A stretch of DNA of 56,666 nucleotides from a virus (lineage: Duplodnaviria > Caudoviricetes): IMG/VR virus record IMGVR_UViG_3300030098_004888, positions 1 through 56,666 of that record; one strand, 5' to 3'. Of this stretch, positions 8,995 to 19,115 are shown in pieces. Numbering within the stretch: position 1 is the stretch's first letter; every line of letters starts with the position of its first letter. The notes below the pieces were generated by a model, which ran no database searches, was not told the origin of the DNA, and saw only the letters and a program-made list of their open reading frames with translations. The position numbers and the translations under genes are program-made.

Positions 8995-9245
8995 TTTCTT
9001 TTGGAACCTTTTAGTCTTGACTTTTCTTTCTTGCCCCTGTTTTTAGAAGCTGTTATTATGGTTACAGTTTTAGAGTAAACCCCTTTTGGGTGATGAACAT
9101 CCATACCATCTCCCTTTTTAACCAATCCACCTTTCATGGCTTTTCTTCTTGATTTGTTTCTAGCAACTCTATCCTTCTTAGATTTCTTTGAGCTTTGAAA
9201 CTTGCCATACTCTTTTTTATAATTTCTTTTTACTGCTTTAGCCAT
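8991..9245 (-). CDS. Small basic HNH-like protein
   Basis: RNYKKEY...RN..RR...GDG.DVHH...NR motif. Confidence 0.6.
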   Translation of the reverse strand: MAKAVKRNYKKEYGKFQSSKKSKKDRVARNKSRRKAMKGGLVKKGDGMDVHHPKGVYSKTVTIITASKNRGKKEKSRLKGSKRK

Positions 9246-9543
9246 TTAATCTTTTCTTTAATGATTCTTTTGCTTTGCTAACTGATTTCTTTTTAACAAC
9301 TGGTTTCTTTTTCTTTGCCTCCTCTATTTCAGATAAGCCTTTTGTTATTTCTTCTGTCACTTCTTTTTTGTCTTCCTTAACTTCTTTCTTTTCTTCACGA
9401 ACAGAATCTAAGTCCTTCTTGTTTTGTTTAAGGTCGTTTTTAAGCTGTTTCTCACGCTTTCTGCTACTCTTTGATGAAAGACCTACAATCAGGGCAAGAA
9501 CCCCAAAAACACCTAATATTATTTTGGCAAGCTTTTTTAGCAT
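9238..9543 (-). CDS. Membrane-anchored basic coiled-coil protein (spanin-like candidate; start revised to 9543)
   Basis: MLKKLAK + one TM + Lys/Glu coil; TATATTTG 4 nt upstream. Confidence 0.65.
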   Translation of the reverse strand: MLKKLAKIILGVFGVLALIVGLSSKSSRKREKQLKNDLKQNKKDLDSVREEKKEVKEDKKEVTEEITKGLSEIEEAKKKKPVVKKKSVSKAKESLKKRLNG

Positions 9544-9556
9544 AATACAAATATAC

Positions 9557-9593
9557 AAAAAACCCAGCAAAAGCCTGGGCATGATGCTGGGTT
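9557..9593 (-). terminator. Intrinsic terminator (AACCCAGCA/TGCTGGGTT)
   Basis: 9-bp perfect stem followed by U-run on the - strand. Confidence 0.8.
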
Positions 9594-9627
9594 CAAAACT
9601 AAAACTATGTGCACTAATGTGCGAAGT
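9557..9627 (-). ncRNA. Candidate small RNA antisense to early-gene start motif
   Basis: TACCTTTG promoter (9632-9639), GCAC/GUGC hairpin, unpaired CAUAGUUUUAGUUUUG, 9-bp terminator stem plus U-run. Confidence 0.7.
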
Positions 9628-9631
9628 ATTA

Positions 9632-9639
9632 CAAAGGTA
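9632..9639 (-). promoter_or_regulatory. -7 promoter element TACCTTTG driving the sRNA
   Basis: TAnnTTTG consensus; no ORF between it and the terminator. Confidence 0.7.
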
Positions 9640-9678
9640 GTAAATATTTATACACCTTTAATTAATATTTATTCACAG

Positions 9679-9903
9679 TTATTTCCTGTTTGCAAACTTC
9701 TCAAGTCCTGCAATACCAAAGCAACCTAATACAACCATTACAAACGAATTATATATAGCTTCATTGATAACCAGGTCTTTACCAATCCAACCTGTAATTA
9801 CATCAGCTAGCATCACTATCACCATAATCAAAAAAGCAAGAAATCCTATTATGCTTTTCTCATTATACTTGTTATCATCTTTAAATATTTCTTTCCAGCT
9901 CAT
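9679..9903 (-). CDS. Holin-like protein, 2 TM helices (start revised to MSWKE)
   Basis: 74 aa, two hydrophobic segments, basic C-terminus. Confidence 0.6.
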   Translation of the reverse strand: MSWKEIFKDDNKYNEKSIIGFLAFLIMVIVMLADVITGWIGKDLVINEAIYNSFVMVVLGCFGIAGLEKFANRK

Positions 9904-9910
9904 ATTGTTT

Positions 9911-12900
9911 TTATTTTTTTTGTTTTTGTTCTTTTGTTTCTTGTTCTTTTCTGTCATCTTTTTTAGGTTTAAAAAACCTATTGTAAGTTCGTTCTATTAC
10001 TGTTGTTGGAAGAGGTAGGGGTCGTATCATATCAAAGAAATTTCCCATAAATTCATCCGTAGTATATTCATCTAGATTTAAAATTGCTTTTATAAATTCT
10101 GCTCCTCCTTTTACTGATTTTGCTAAGGTGCCTGTAACTGGGTCTATTTCAAAATCATATTGTTGTCCAAAAAATTGTTGGTAAAAATAAGTAATCAAAT
10201 CACCTACTATTGGGTAAAAAGCATAAGCACCAGTAGCTGTTGTTAATAAATGATTACCTATAACACTATCCCAAAGTTCATCTCTTTCATCTTCAGGGGT
10301 AAATGCATATTTTATAAGGCTTCCTGCCACTGTAAAAAGTTGAGGCAATACAAACCAAAACATTACCATTCCTTTTAGTGCTTGTCTTTGGCTACCCTTA
10401 CCAGTTTTAAAATTGTTGCTGTGGACATTAAAATTTCTAGCTAAAGCTAATGGGGAATTTAACAGTGTTGTAAAAAAACTATACGGACCTTTTTGCATTG
10501 CACCTAAAAATTCTGAGGCACCTGATTGCTGAGTCATTTCCCCTACAAACTCAACCTTTTTTAAAGCTTTTTCTGGACTAAGCTTTTCAACATTAATTAA
10601 ATAATTGTAATAAGGAATACCACCAAACATAAACCCTCCCATGTCTCCATATTTTGTTAAAAAGAATGCGTTGTTTCTCCATTTGCTCAGATTCCTTTTT
10701 AACCCTGTTAGGTCTTTTTCTAATTCAAGATAAAGCTCTTCGTTTATATTAAAGTTTGCAAACCTATCCTGAAGAATAGGACTCCTAGAAATTAAATCTT
10801 TTAACTGAGAAACAGTTTTTTTAGGGGTTGCTAACATTGTGCCAAAGTTTTTCAACCATTTACCAGCACCCATATATGAAGCATATCCTGCTGCTGATGT
10901 TAACTGCTTAATACCAGGATGCCAGTTAAATGCCAAAACAGAAGTTAAAAAATATCGCCTTGCACTCATTAATCCTGCTATATATCCATCTAGTGGTTCA
11001 GGTGTATTAAAAATAGTTTGAAAATGAAATGTTAATAAATTTATCATTTCAGCACCATCGGTTTTTTTCCCCTCAACTACTTTCTCACCTTTAAGTCCTT
11101 TTTTTCTTATTATTGTGTTAAATATTTTATTCCTTGTTTCTGGATATCTTTTTATTAATGCATTTTTAACCTTGTCAGAAAGTATAGTATTTTGCAGATA
11201 AAAACCTGTTGGCCCATATGCTATAAACCGAGACATATCATTTAAATAACTAACAGAATTTAGTATAAAGTCATCAGGTGATAATACTTTTTTAGCTTGA
11301 GGAACTCTGTCTATAAGACTTTTACTAAATACAGTTTTCAATACATCTGACGTTGGGTTTAAAAAATTAAAAGGAATATCTTCAGGTTTTTTATTTTGTT
11401 CTTTTTCTTCGCCAGTAAGAGTTACTTTACCAGAATATCCTTCTTGAAAAGTAGCAGGAATTTTAAACATTTCCATGCTTGTGTTATTTATTTCCTCTCT
11501 AAAAGATGGAAAAAACTCTACTATCATTCTATCTACAAACTCTTTTTGACCTGGTGTTAATATTTCATTAATAATCCTATCCCCTTCTTTTGTTAGTATT
11601 GCTTCTCCTTCTTCGTTTCTTTCTTTAATTATCCCATCTCTTATCAGGTATAGGTCGTTTTGTTTATTTTTAGTAAAAGCATACAAGCTCATTAATTGAG
11701 CAGAATTAAAATCAGGCTTACCTCCTGCATATTCAATTACAAATCTTTTGTTTGATAATTTATCTCTTTTGTTGTCTATTGTTTCTTTAGATATTTTTCT
11801 AATTAAATCTGTACCTCGTTTTTTTCTAGCAATAAAAATGTTTCTTCCTTCTTGTATTTTTTCCCTAACTAATGTAACCAAGTTTCCTTCAAATGTTTTA
11901 TTTGCAGGGTCTGTGTCTAAAAATTCAAGAAGAGTGTATAGATTTTCATTTTGACGTTCATATACACCCCTAAGGCCAGGAACAATATTAGATAGTTTAA
12001 ATCCACCAGTTTTTCTTTTACCCTTTTTTTCTATTCCTCCTTCTATGTCTCTAAGCATAAGGTCTATATCCTTTTTCCATTCTTTTCTTTGTTCTTTTTC
12101 TGATTCCTTTCTTTGCTCTTTTGCTGTTTTAATAAACCTATTTAAAAAATCTAATCTTTCTTTAACATATTCTAATGGGGTTTCAGGTAGTGTTATATCA
12201 TGAAAAGATAAAGCCATTAATCTATCCATTAAATTTTCAGGTATTTCATGTAAGCCTCTAACCTCTTCTAGTATATTTAAAGCCTCTTGTTTTATTTTCT
12301 CTGTATCTTTTTCTTTAATAGCTCTTGTAACATCTTTAAGAAATCCAATACCATCTACGGACAGTGATTTGTTTTGCCCTACAAAAGCTCCTGCTTGATT
12401 TTTTATATACCCCTTTGGATTTGATATTTTTTTTATTTCATTAACCAACTCTACTTTTTCAGCATGATTAACATCATCAAGTAATTTGTTTACTTTATTT
12501 ACAATATTTTTTATGTCCTTAGGGGATTTGCTTGTTTTTATTAGACTTAAAAGCCTATTAACATACTTTGAGTTTATTGTTCGTTCTGGGAATAAATTTA
12601 AAGTTTCTTTTACAAAATTTAAAACCTCTTCTCTACCTTCTTTTTTTGACAGGTCACTTACTTTTTGTAATTCTTTTAACTTTCTTTTAAGCTCAACTCT
12701 TTCAGTTACTTTTATAGTTATTCTTTTGTCTCTTGCTTTAAGACCCAAATCTTTTAAAGATGGTGGTTTTGGTTTTTTATATTGTATACCTAAAAATTTT
12801 CGGCTTTGAGTAATAGATGGCTGGGTAATAATTTTATCATATACTTTTTGTTTAGATATTGTTTCCCAATCAGAAATTTGTTTTTTTGTCCATATTTTAT

Positions 12901-15900
12901 ACCTTTCTGGATTAGAGTTAGTGTTTTCATTTCCACTTACTTCAAGATATTGTGTTGCTACAGGAACGCCAACTTCAAACCCCTCTGATTTTAATTCAGT
13001 TAAAGCAGCTAACCTATGTTGCCCTTCATTTATTATACCAGATTCAGCATCTCCCATTAACCTAAATATAGGAATTGCATCACCAAAGTTTAAGTCCATT
13101 TCTCCAACTTCTTGTGCTAACTTTGTGTCGTATCCTTTTTCTTTAATAGATTTTTTTAGTAGTTCGTAGTTAGCCCTAGTTAATCCAAACAGTTCAATAA
13201 CAGCACCATCTGGAAGACTTAATAAAAAATTTTCTTTATCTTGTTTGTGTGAGCCATCTTCATTATATTCTTTAGCTGATTGCGATAATTTATCAAACTC
13301 GCTTCTACTTGTATAATAATTAGAACTTAATTTAATAGCTTGAGAAGGGTCAACTAAAAGCTCCCCACCAACAGCAGCAGTTTTATTTTCTACATTATAA
13401 TTTTTTATATCCCCTCTTTCAATTTGGTTTTTAACATTATAATAATTAGGGTTTTCAATATATTGCTGAGGTAATAAATTTCCTTCTATTCTTTTTTCAG
13501 CTAATTCTTGTTCAGGTGTCTTTTCTGGTTTAGGTGTCTTTTCTGGTTTAGGTAATTTAGATTCTAATAAGTCCTGGGTTGGTTGGTCGTTTACTATTTC
13601 CACTTTAGATACCCCAGTTTCAACTTCGTTTATAAAATTATTATCTTTTATATTTTCTAAAACCTGCTCTCTGGTAACATCCTTATTATTTATTTTGTAG
13701 CTTGGTGCTGGAGTTCCATCTAAGTTAACTTCTCTTCTTTCTATTGTAATTTTATTTCCAGAACCTTGCGAATCATAAGTTCCTTTTAATGTTTCTATTT
13801 CTGTTTTTGCTTGTTCTGGATTAGTGTATTCTTTTGACTCTAAAAGTATTTCATTACCTGCTTCATCTTTAGAAAAAGATTCAGAGCTAACAACCACCCC
13901 CTTATTAGTATTAATGATTATTTTTTCTGGTGCAGAAAATACAGTTTTAGGTCTGTATCCAAACAAAGAAAGTATTTTATTTTTTATAGTTACAGGTATT
14001 CTTGGGTTGCCTAAACTTTCTATAGATTTTCTATTTAAAAGAATATCAAAAAGTGCTTTTTTCCTTTCTATTGGTAGCCTGTTCCAGTTAGCAAAAGCTA
14101 ATTGCATATTTTCAAGGCTAGTATTATAAATTGTTTCAAGACCTTTTTTTCTTAATTCTGCTCGTATTTTTGGAAGGGTTGCCCCTGATTCAAATAGAGC
14201 ACCAAGAAAACCAGATTGCTCTAATGTTTTAACTTCTTTGTTTGTAAGTTTTACTGAAAAGGGTTCTGCTGATGTTATTTTAACATAAGCTTCTGGTATT
14301 TTTGCAATACCTTTTAAGCCTATAAGATAAGCAAGTGCCATACCATAATCTTCGCTAGTAGGCATTCTTTTTTCTAATAGAGCTGGTACATGTGCAAAAG
14401 CAGCAAACTCTCCTGCAAACTCACCGACACCAGGTCTTCCAAACTTATTACCTATACTTTTCCCTAACCTACCACCTAAATATATAGAAGCACCTGTAAT
14501 ATAACCAAGAGAACCTTCTTTTAAAGAGTGAAAATAATTAATATCATCTATAACAGAGCCAATATTATCTCCATATCTATTTTTTAATTGTACTGCTTGA
14601 TTTAAAATATCTCTTTGAAATTCATAACCAGCAAAAGATGTAGCCACTGTATTTAATGGAATAAGTGTTTTATTTATGTTTATAGACAATCCCCTTTCAA
14701 GAATGTTTCTTTTAACATTAGGGCTTCTTAATGCCATTCTATCTATTGTTCCTTTAAACATAGTTGAATATAGTGTTCTAGCTTTAGAGCTACTAAGAAC
14801 AGCTCTACCAGAAGTAGAACCAACTTTACCCCAACCTGCAAAAAAAGGAAGGTCTAACAACAAGCCTAAAAAACCAGAAGCAAACTCCCCCTTGCCCCCA
14901 TATGAATCTAAGTATTGATTATAAGCTTCATCACTTATTAAATATGCATCTGTTCCTCTAGCTACATCAAAAGCTCTACCTAAACCAAATATGCTATTTT
15001 TATGATAAGCCATTTTAATGTTTCTACCAAAAGAACCACCCCATGCATTATAAAAAGCTTTATCTTCTTTTAATGAGTATTTATTTTTTATTGTATTATA
15101 CTCACCTGTAATATTATCATATTCATCTAAAAGATTAAAATAACCAGATTCTTTTAGTTTTTTTTCAAATTCATCTAATTGTCCCCAAGTATTAGTAAGC
15201 TCTTGGTAAGCTTTATGTTCATCGGTATCTAATAAGTCTTCATAATTAGAATATAAATTATTCCTTTTATCTACAAGACCATAATAATATTTTGTATCAG
15301 CACCTTGTTTTAACACTGTTTCAGGGACAATACCAAGAGATGTTCTTATTGTTTGTGTATTTTCTTTTTCAAATAAACTTATTTCGTTATCTAAAGAACT
15401 TATTTGGTCAGATAAATTAAAAATACTTTTTATTGTTTCATTTTGAAAAGAAACTTCTCCATTTTCTTCATTAACTAAAACCCCCAGTAAAGATGAAAGG
15501 TCATCTGATTTTTGAATTAATTGGTCGTAATCATCAAATTGATTTTCTTCTTCTACTTTAGTTATCTGTGATGACAGGTCATCTATCTTAACTTTAAGTG
15601 GGCCATCTGCATATTCGTTTTGTTCTTTAGAATAGTCAAACCACTTTTTCCTTAGGTCTTTTGGCAAGTCATCAACATCGTTAAGATTTAGCCCACCAGT
15701 TTTTATTATACTTTCAAATGCTACTGGATTTTCTGTAGCCCAAGCACCAAAGTCTTCCCAGTTTACTTCAACCCCAGCAGCAGTTTCTATAGCAGAAATT
15801 CTTTTATCTTCTTTCTTTCTCCTTTCAATAGCTTCTTCTCTTTTTGGTTGCATATATGAAGATTCAGCAGTAGCAGAATCTGTTCTTGCTAAAAAAATAC

Positions 15901-16243
15901 CTGGACCTGTAAAAGCAGAATCAGGAGTTCCTGACGTAACGCCAAAGTTGGGTGCTTGATTATTTACTTTATCAATTTCTTTATTTAATATTTCGTTGTG
16001 CTCTATGTTATTAAAAGTAGAAAAGGTTTGTGTAGGTTCTGGTGTTTCTTCTTCTTTTGAAAAAGCAGAGCTAAAAGTTTCAATATTTGTGTTTGGGCTT
16101 ACTACTTTATTATCTACCCCTATTTGATATAAAGATTCTATAGTGTTTTGGTCAGCCTCAGAAAACTTTCCAAAAGTTGTTTCGGAGCTAATTAATCCAT
16201 TTTCAACATAAGTGTTATAAAGTAACTCTAATTTATCATCCAT
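9911..16243 (-). CDS. Giant internal virion/DNA-ejection protein with ParB-like insert
   Basis: 2110 aa, last of three genes after the muzzle; Gly-rich hydrophobic segments; INEGQHRLAAL motif. Confidence 0.7.
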   Translation of the reverse strand: MDDKLELLYNTYVENGLISSETTFGKFSEADQNTIESLYQIGVDNKVVSPNTNIETFSSAFSKEEETPEPTQTFSTFNNIEHNEILNKEIDKVNNQAPNFGVTSGTPDSAFTGPGIFLARTDSATAESSYMQPKREEAIERRKKEDKRISAIETAAGVEVNWEDFGAWATENPVAFESIIKTGGLNLNDVDDLPKDLRKKWFDYSKEQNEYADGPLKVKIDDLSSQITKVEEENQFDDYDQLIQKSDDLSSLLGVLVNEENGEVSFQNETIKSIFNLSDQISSLDNEISLFEKENTQTIRTSLGIVPETVLKQGADTKYYYGLVDKRNNLYSNYEDLLDTDEHKAYQELTNTWGQLDEFEKKLKESGYFNLLDEYDNITGEYNTIKNKYSLKEDKAFYNAWGGSFGRNIKMAYHKNSIFGLGRAFDVARGTDAYLISDEAYNQYLDSYGGKGEFASGFLGLLLDLPFFAGWGKVGSTSGRAVLSSSKARTLYSTMFKGTIDRMALRSPNVKRNILERGLSININKTLIPLNTVATSFAGYEFQRDILNQAVQLKNRYGDNIGSVIDDINYFHSLKEGSLGYITGASIYLGGRLGKSIGNKFGRPGVGEFAGEFAAFAHVPALLEKRMPTSEDYGMALAYLIGLKGIAKIPEAYVKITSAEPFSVKLTNKEVKTLEQSGFLGALFESGATLPKIRAELRKKGLETIYNTSLENMQLAFANWNRLPIERKKALFDILLNRKSIESLGNPRIPVTIKNKILSLFGYRPKTVFSAPEKIIINTNKGVVVSSESFSKDEAGNEILLESKEYTNPEQAKTEIETLKGTYDSQGSGNKITIERREVNLDGTPAPSYKINNKDVTREQVLENIKDNNFINEVETGVSKVEIVNDQPTQDLLESKLPKPEKTPKPEKTPEQELAEKRIEGNLLPQQYIENPNYYNVKNQIERGDIKNYNVENKTAAVGGELLVDPSQAIKLSSNYYTSRSEFDKLSQSAKEYNEDGSHKQDKENFLLSLPDGAVIELFGLTRANYELLKKSIKEKGYDTKLAQEVGEMDLNFGDAIPIFRLMGDAESGIINEGQHRLAALTELKSEGFEVGVPVATQYLEVSGNENTNSNPERYKIWTKKQISDWETISKQKVYDKIITQPSITQSRKFLGIQYKKPKPPSLKDLGLKARDKRITIKVTERVELKRKLKELQKVSDLSKKEGREEVLNFVKETLNLFPERTINSKYVNRLLSLIKTSKSPKDIKNIVNKVNKLLDDVNHAEKVELVNEIKKISNPKGYIKNQAGAFVGQNKSLSVDGIGFLKDVTRAIKEKDTEKIKQEALNILEEVRGLHEIPENLMDRLMALSFHDITLPETPLEYVKERLDFLNRFIKTAKEQRKESEKEQRKEWKKDIDLMLRDIEGGIEKKGKRKTGGFKLSNIVPGLRGVYERQNENLYTLLEFLDTDPANKTFEGNLVTLVREKIQEGRNIFIARKKRGTDLIRKISKETIDNKRDKLSNKRFVIEYAGGKPDFNSAQLMSLYAFTKNKQNDLYLIRDGIIKERNEEGEAILTKEGDRIINEILTPGQKEFVDRMIVEFFPSFREEINNTSMEMFKIPATFQEGYSGKVTLTGEEKEQNKKPEDIPFNFLNPTSDVLKTVFSKSLIDRVPQAKKVLSPDDFILNSVSYLNDMSRFIAYGPTGFYLQNTILSDKVKNALIKRYPETRNKIFNTIIRKKGLKGEKVVEGKKTDGAEMINLLTFHFQTIFNTPEPLDGYIAGLMSARRYFLTSVLAFNWHPGIKQLTSAAGYASYMGAGKWLKNFGTMLATPKKTVSQLKDLISRSPILQDRFANFNINEELYLELEKDLTGLKRNLSKWRNNAFFLTKYGDMGGFMFGGIPYYNYLINVEKLSPEKALKKVEFVGEMTQQSGASEFLGAMQKGPYSFFTTLLNSPLALARNFNVHSNNFKTGKGSQRQALKGMVMFWFVLPQLFTVAGSLIKYAFTPEDERDELWDSVIGNHLLTTATGAYAFYPIVGDLITYFYQQFFGQQYDFEIDPVTGTLAKSVKGGAEFIKAILNLDEYTTDEFMGNFFDMIRPLPLPTTVIERTYNRFFKPKKDDRKEQETKEQKQKK
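13514..13553. repeat. 18-bp tandem repeat encoding (KPEKTP)2 linker
   Basis: AGGTGTCTTTTCTGGTTT x2. Confidence 0.85.
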
Positions 16244-16251
16244 AGCTTAAA

Positions 16252-17886
16252 TTAAAGTGGATTACCAAAAATATCTGTTTTAGGGCTTTCAACATTAAAG
16301 TTAAAATTATCTTCTTCCCACTTTTCTAAATCAAAATTATACTTACTACCTTTAAGGCTTTCTTTTAAAATATTTTCTATAGAACTATATGGAGTTAAAT
16401 AGTTGATGTTGTTATTAACAAAAACAACCCATTTTTCATCAGTAAATAAACCCTGTTTATCTTCATCTGGTATTAAGTCATAAAACTCCACAGGTATAAC
16501 ATCACCCTTTTTGAAATCTATCTTTTTATCTCTAGGAATCACTCTACTCTTTTCCCTAACTGTTATGGTATAATCTTTTGTTAGTGTAGGTAAAATATAT
16601 GTGCTAAGTATATCAGAGTTTTCAAATGAAGTTCCCCTGTCTTTTAATACAAAATCTTCGTCTTTTGTAAAATAGCTTCCAGTTATAGCTGCTTCGTGTG
16701 CAAGAACTTTTACTGGTATTTGTGGAATATTAACACCACTAACACTTACAAAATCATAACCAGCTTTTACCTCATAATTAATATCTCTTTCTTTGTCTCT
16801 ATTAGGGAACCCTAATATATTTTCATCATATAACTCATCTCCTTCTGGAAGTCTATACCAACTTTCTTTAAATTTCATTTTACCAAGAATAGGTTTTATG
16901 TTGTCATCAGAAATTATAGATGCACTTGATTTTGTTACAGTTCCGCCACCAGGAGTAAAATATAAATTAGAAGAAGTTTTTGGTTCATCTAAAAGTTTTT
17001 TTACACCCATTCTGTTTAACATAAAGTCTTGAAAATCAATCGTTAGCTTATCTTTTATTGCACTGTAGTTGGGTAAAAGCTTACCTTCTTCTATATTTTT
17101 TTGAATGGTTTGTAAAACATCTTCATCAATATCATCATCACCCATATAATACTTTAAAAAATTAGGGTTTATATCACTCATCTTTGAAAAATCCTGAAGA
17201 TATTGTTCAATAAAGTATTTTTTTTGCTCCTTGTCTTTAGGATTAAAATCCACAAAGAAAGAAACTTGGTCTTTCATTTTTTGTTCACTTGCCTCTGTCT
17301 TAGTTATATCATCAATTTCTTCAACATTAAAAACTTCTTTTGTTTTTTCTAAAAGGTCTTTTATAAAATCATAATCAACTGAACTGGCTAGTGAAGGTAA
17401 TTCAGAAAATAAAGGATTAGTTAGTATTGGAACACCATCATAATAAAACTGGTTGTCAACAAATGTTATTAAGTTGTCATCAAGAGAACTAACATTACCA
17501 TAATCTAAAAAATTAGTCCAACTTTCGTCAGTTGCTTCTTTTTGACCTGATTTAAATATGTTATCATAAACAGCACCTTGTGTGCTTGAGCCATCTGCAA
17601 AAAGATTTATTATGTTTTCTGCATTATCTATAGCAGATTGGTCTCCAGAAGGAATTATATTGTTTTTATAGATGTCTATCATTTTTAAAAAAACACCTCT
17701 ATCTCTATTCCAAACTTGAGTAGGAATTGAAAATGGGTCTTCTGTTCCTTTTGCTTTAGCGTATGATTGTAATGCTTTTAACCTTCTGTTGTGGTAATTA
17801 GAAAAATCTATTCCTTTGTGTGTAAAAACTTGTGCGGCACCTGTACCGATACCACTCGTTAGTGTTGAAGCTGATAGTTTAGCCAT
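16252..17886 (-). CDS. Putative internal virion/ejection protein
   Basis: 544 aa; lies between pilot-like and giant proteins. Confidence 0.55.
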   Translation of the reverse strand: MAKLSASTLTSGIGTGAAQVFTHKGIDFSNYHNRRLKALQSYAKAKGTEDPFSIPTQVWNRDRGVFLKMIDIYKNNIIPSGDQSAIDNAENIINLFADGSSTQGAVYDNIFKSGQKEATDESWTNFLDYGNVSSLDDNLITFVDNQFYYDGVPILTNPLFSELPSLASSVDYDFIKDLLEKTKEVFNVEEIDDITKTEASEQKMKDQVSFFVDFNPKDKEQKKYFIEQYLQDFSKMSDINPNFLKYYMGDDDIDEDVLQTIQKNIEEGKLLPNYSAIKDKLTIDFQDFMLNRMGVKKLLDEPKTSSNLYFTPGGGTVTKSSASIISDDNIKPILGKMKFKESWYRLPEGDELYDENILGFPNRDKERDINYEVKAGYDFVSVSGVNIPQIPVKVLAHEAAITGSYFTKDEDFVLKDRGTSFENSDILSTYILPTLTKDYTITVREKSRVIPRDKKIDFKKGDVIPVEFYDLIPDEDKQGLFTDEKWVVFVNNNINYLTPYSSIENILKESLKGSKYNFDLEKWEEDNFNFNVESPKTDIFGNPL

Positions 17887-17888
17887 TT

Positions 17889-19076
17889 TTATTGAATATA
17901 ATCAATTTTAGTATACTTTCCTTTTTTATTACCAGGAAGTTTTCCTCCATCCTCAAAACCACCACCTGAGGCAGCAGAACCAATAGCACCACCTGCTGCT
18001 TCACCTAACATACCTGCAACATCTTTATCTGCTCCACCACCACTACCACCAATAGAACCAAACAAGTCAGCAGAGCTTGATTTTTTATCTTTATCTTTAT
18101 CTTCTTCCTCTTCTCCATCTTCTTCTACCTCTTCACCAGCAGCAGCTTTACCAAATTTTTTATAGTGGTCAGATTCCTCTTCACTTCCATCAAACAAAAC
18201 AACTGGTGCCCCCATAAGAGCATTTTTCATAGAGTTTTTATGTATTTTTACCATCAACTCTTTCATATATTGTCTTAACTCTTCTGCATCTCCACTATCT
18301 ATTATTTCTAGTAATTTTTCTGAATCTGGTTTGTTTATAATCAACTCACCTCCTGTAGCTTCCCCAATCTTTTCATCACCATCCATTATGTCTATTGGGT
18401 TTGTGTCATGGTCAAATTCACCTGGTGTAACAATGCTTTTTGCTTTATTTTCTTCAACTGGCTGAGGAGTTCCAATATTTATATTAATCATGGGTGCTGG
18501 GTTTATTTCAGATGCAACCTTATACATTGCTCCAGGAACTATGTTTCCATGTTTAGCCCCCATAAAACTAGCAGCAGTTTTTTCTAGTCCTTGTAGTCCA
18601 CCCATAATGTTTTGTAGCCCTGCACCTGTCATGGCTTGAGCAGCTTCTTGCTCTTGCATAAGATTAGCCCTACCAACAGCTTGTGCTTTTTGTTTTTCTG
18701 CCATAAGTGCCTGTTCTCCTTGTCTTCTAGCTGCTTCTTCTTGCATAGCTACATTTTGAGCAGCTTGAGTTCCTTGACGAACCATACCTGGCATAGCACC
18801 CATCATTGCTCTGGCATCTCCACTAGCAGCTAAAGCACCCATTCCTTGTGCTTGTTGTAATGCAGCTTGCTCTTGCATTGCTTTTTCGGTATCAGCAGAC
18901 AAACCTTCAGCAGCTTTTTCTGCTTCCCCCATAACATTGTATTGAAGGCCACCAGCATCTATTTGCTTTTGAACACCCTTCATAGCTCTCTTGCCTCTTA
19001 CGGTTTGAGCTATACCAGTACCCAAACCCATTAAAGCAGAAACTACATACTTAGGATAGTAAGTTTTTTTAGCCAT
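17889..19076 (-). CDS. Putative DNA pilot/cargo protein
   Basis: Ala/Gln/Gly-rich amphipathic N-half; TPGEFDH..NP...GEATGGE motif. Confidence 0.6.
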   Translation of the reverse strand: MAKKTYYPKYVVSALMGLGTGIAQTVRGKRAMKGVQKQIDAGGLQYNVMGEAEKAAEGLSADTEKAMQEQAALQQAQGMGALAASGDARAMMGAMPGMVRQGTQAAQNVAMQEEAARRQGEQALMAEKQKAQAVGRANLMQEQEAAQAMTGAGLQNIMGGLQGLEKTAASFMGAKHGNIVPGAMYKVASEINPAPMININIGTPQPVEENKAKSIVTPGEFDHDTNPIDIMDGDEKIGEATGGELIINKPDSEKLLEIIDSGDAEELRQYMKELMVKIHKNSMKNALMGAPVVLFDGSEEESDHYKKFGKAAAGEEVEEDGEEEEDKDKDKKSSSADLFGSIGGSGGGADKDVAGMLGEAAGGAIGSAASGGGFEDGGKLPGNKKGKYTKIDYIQ

Positions 19077-19099
19077 TTTTTAGTTATTTAAGAATTATA

Positions 19100-19107
19100 C
19101 AAATATA
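19100..19107 (-). promoter_or_regulatory. -7 element TATATTTG for ejection-protein operon
   Basis: TAnnTTTG in intergenic gap. Confidence 0.65.
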
Positions 19108-19115
19108 GTGAATTT

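Noticed and set aside
9607-9729. + strand ORF starting at the AAAACTAAAACT-ATG at 9607
   Set aside because: About 40 codons, antisense to the holin-like gene, with no + strand promoter seen; the motif is better explained as an antisense seed.
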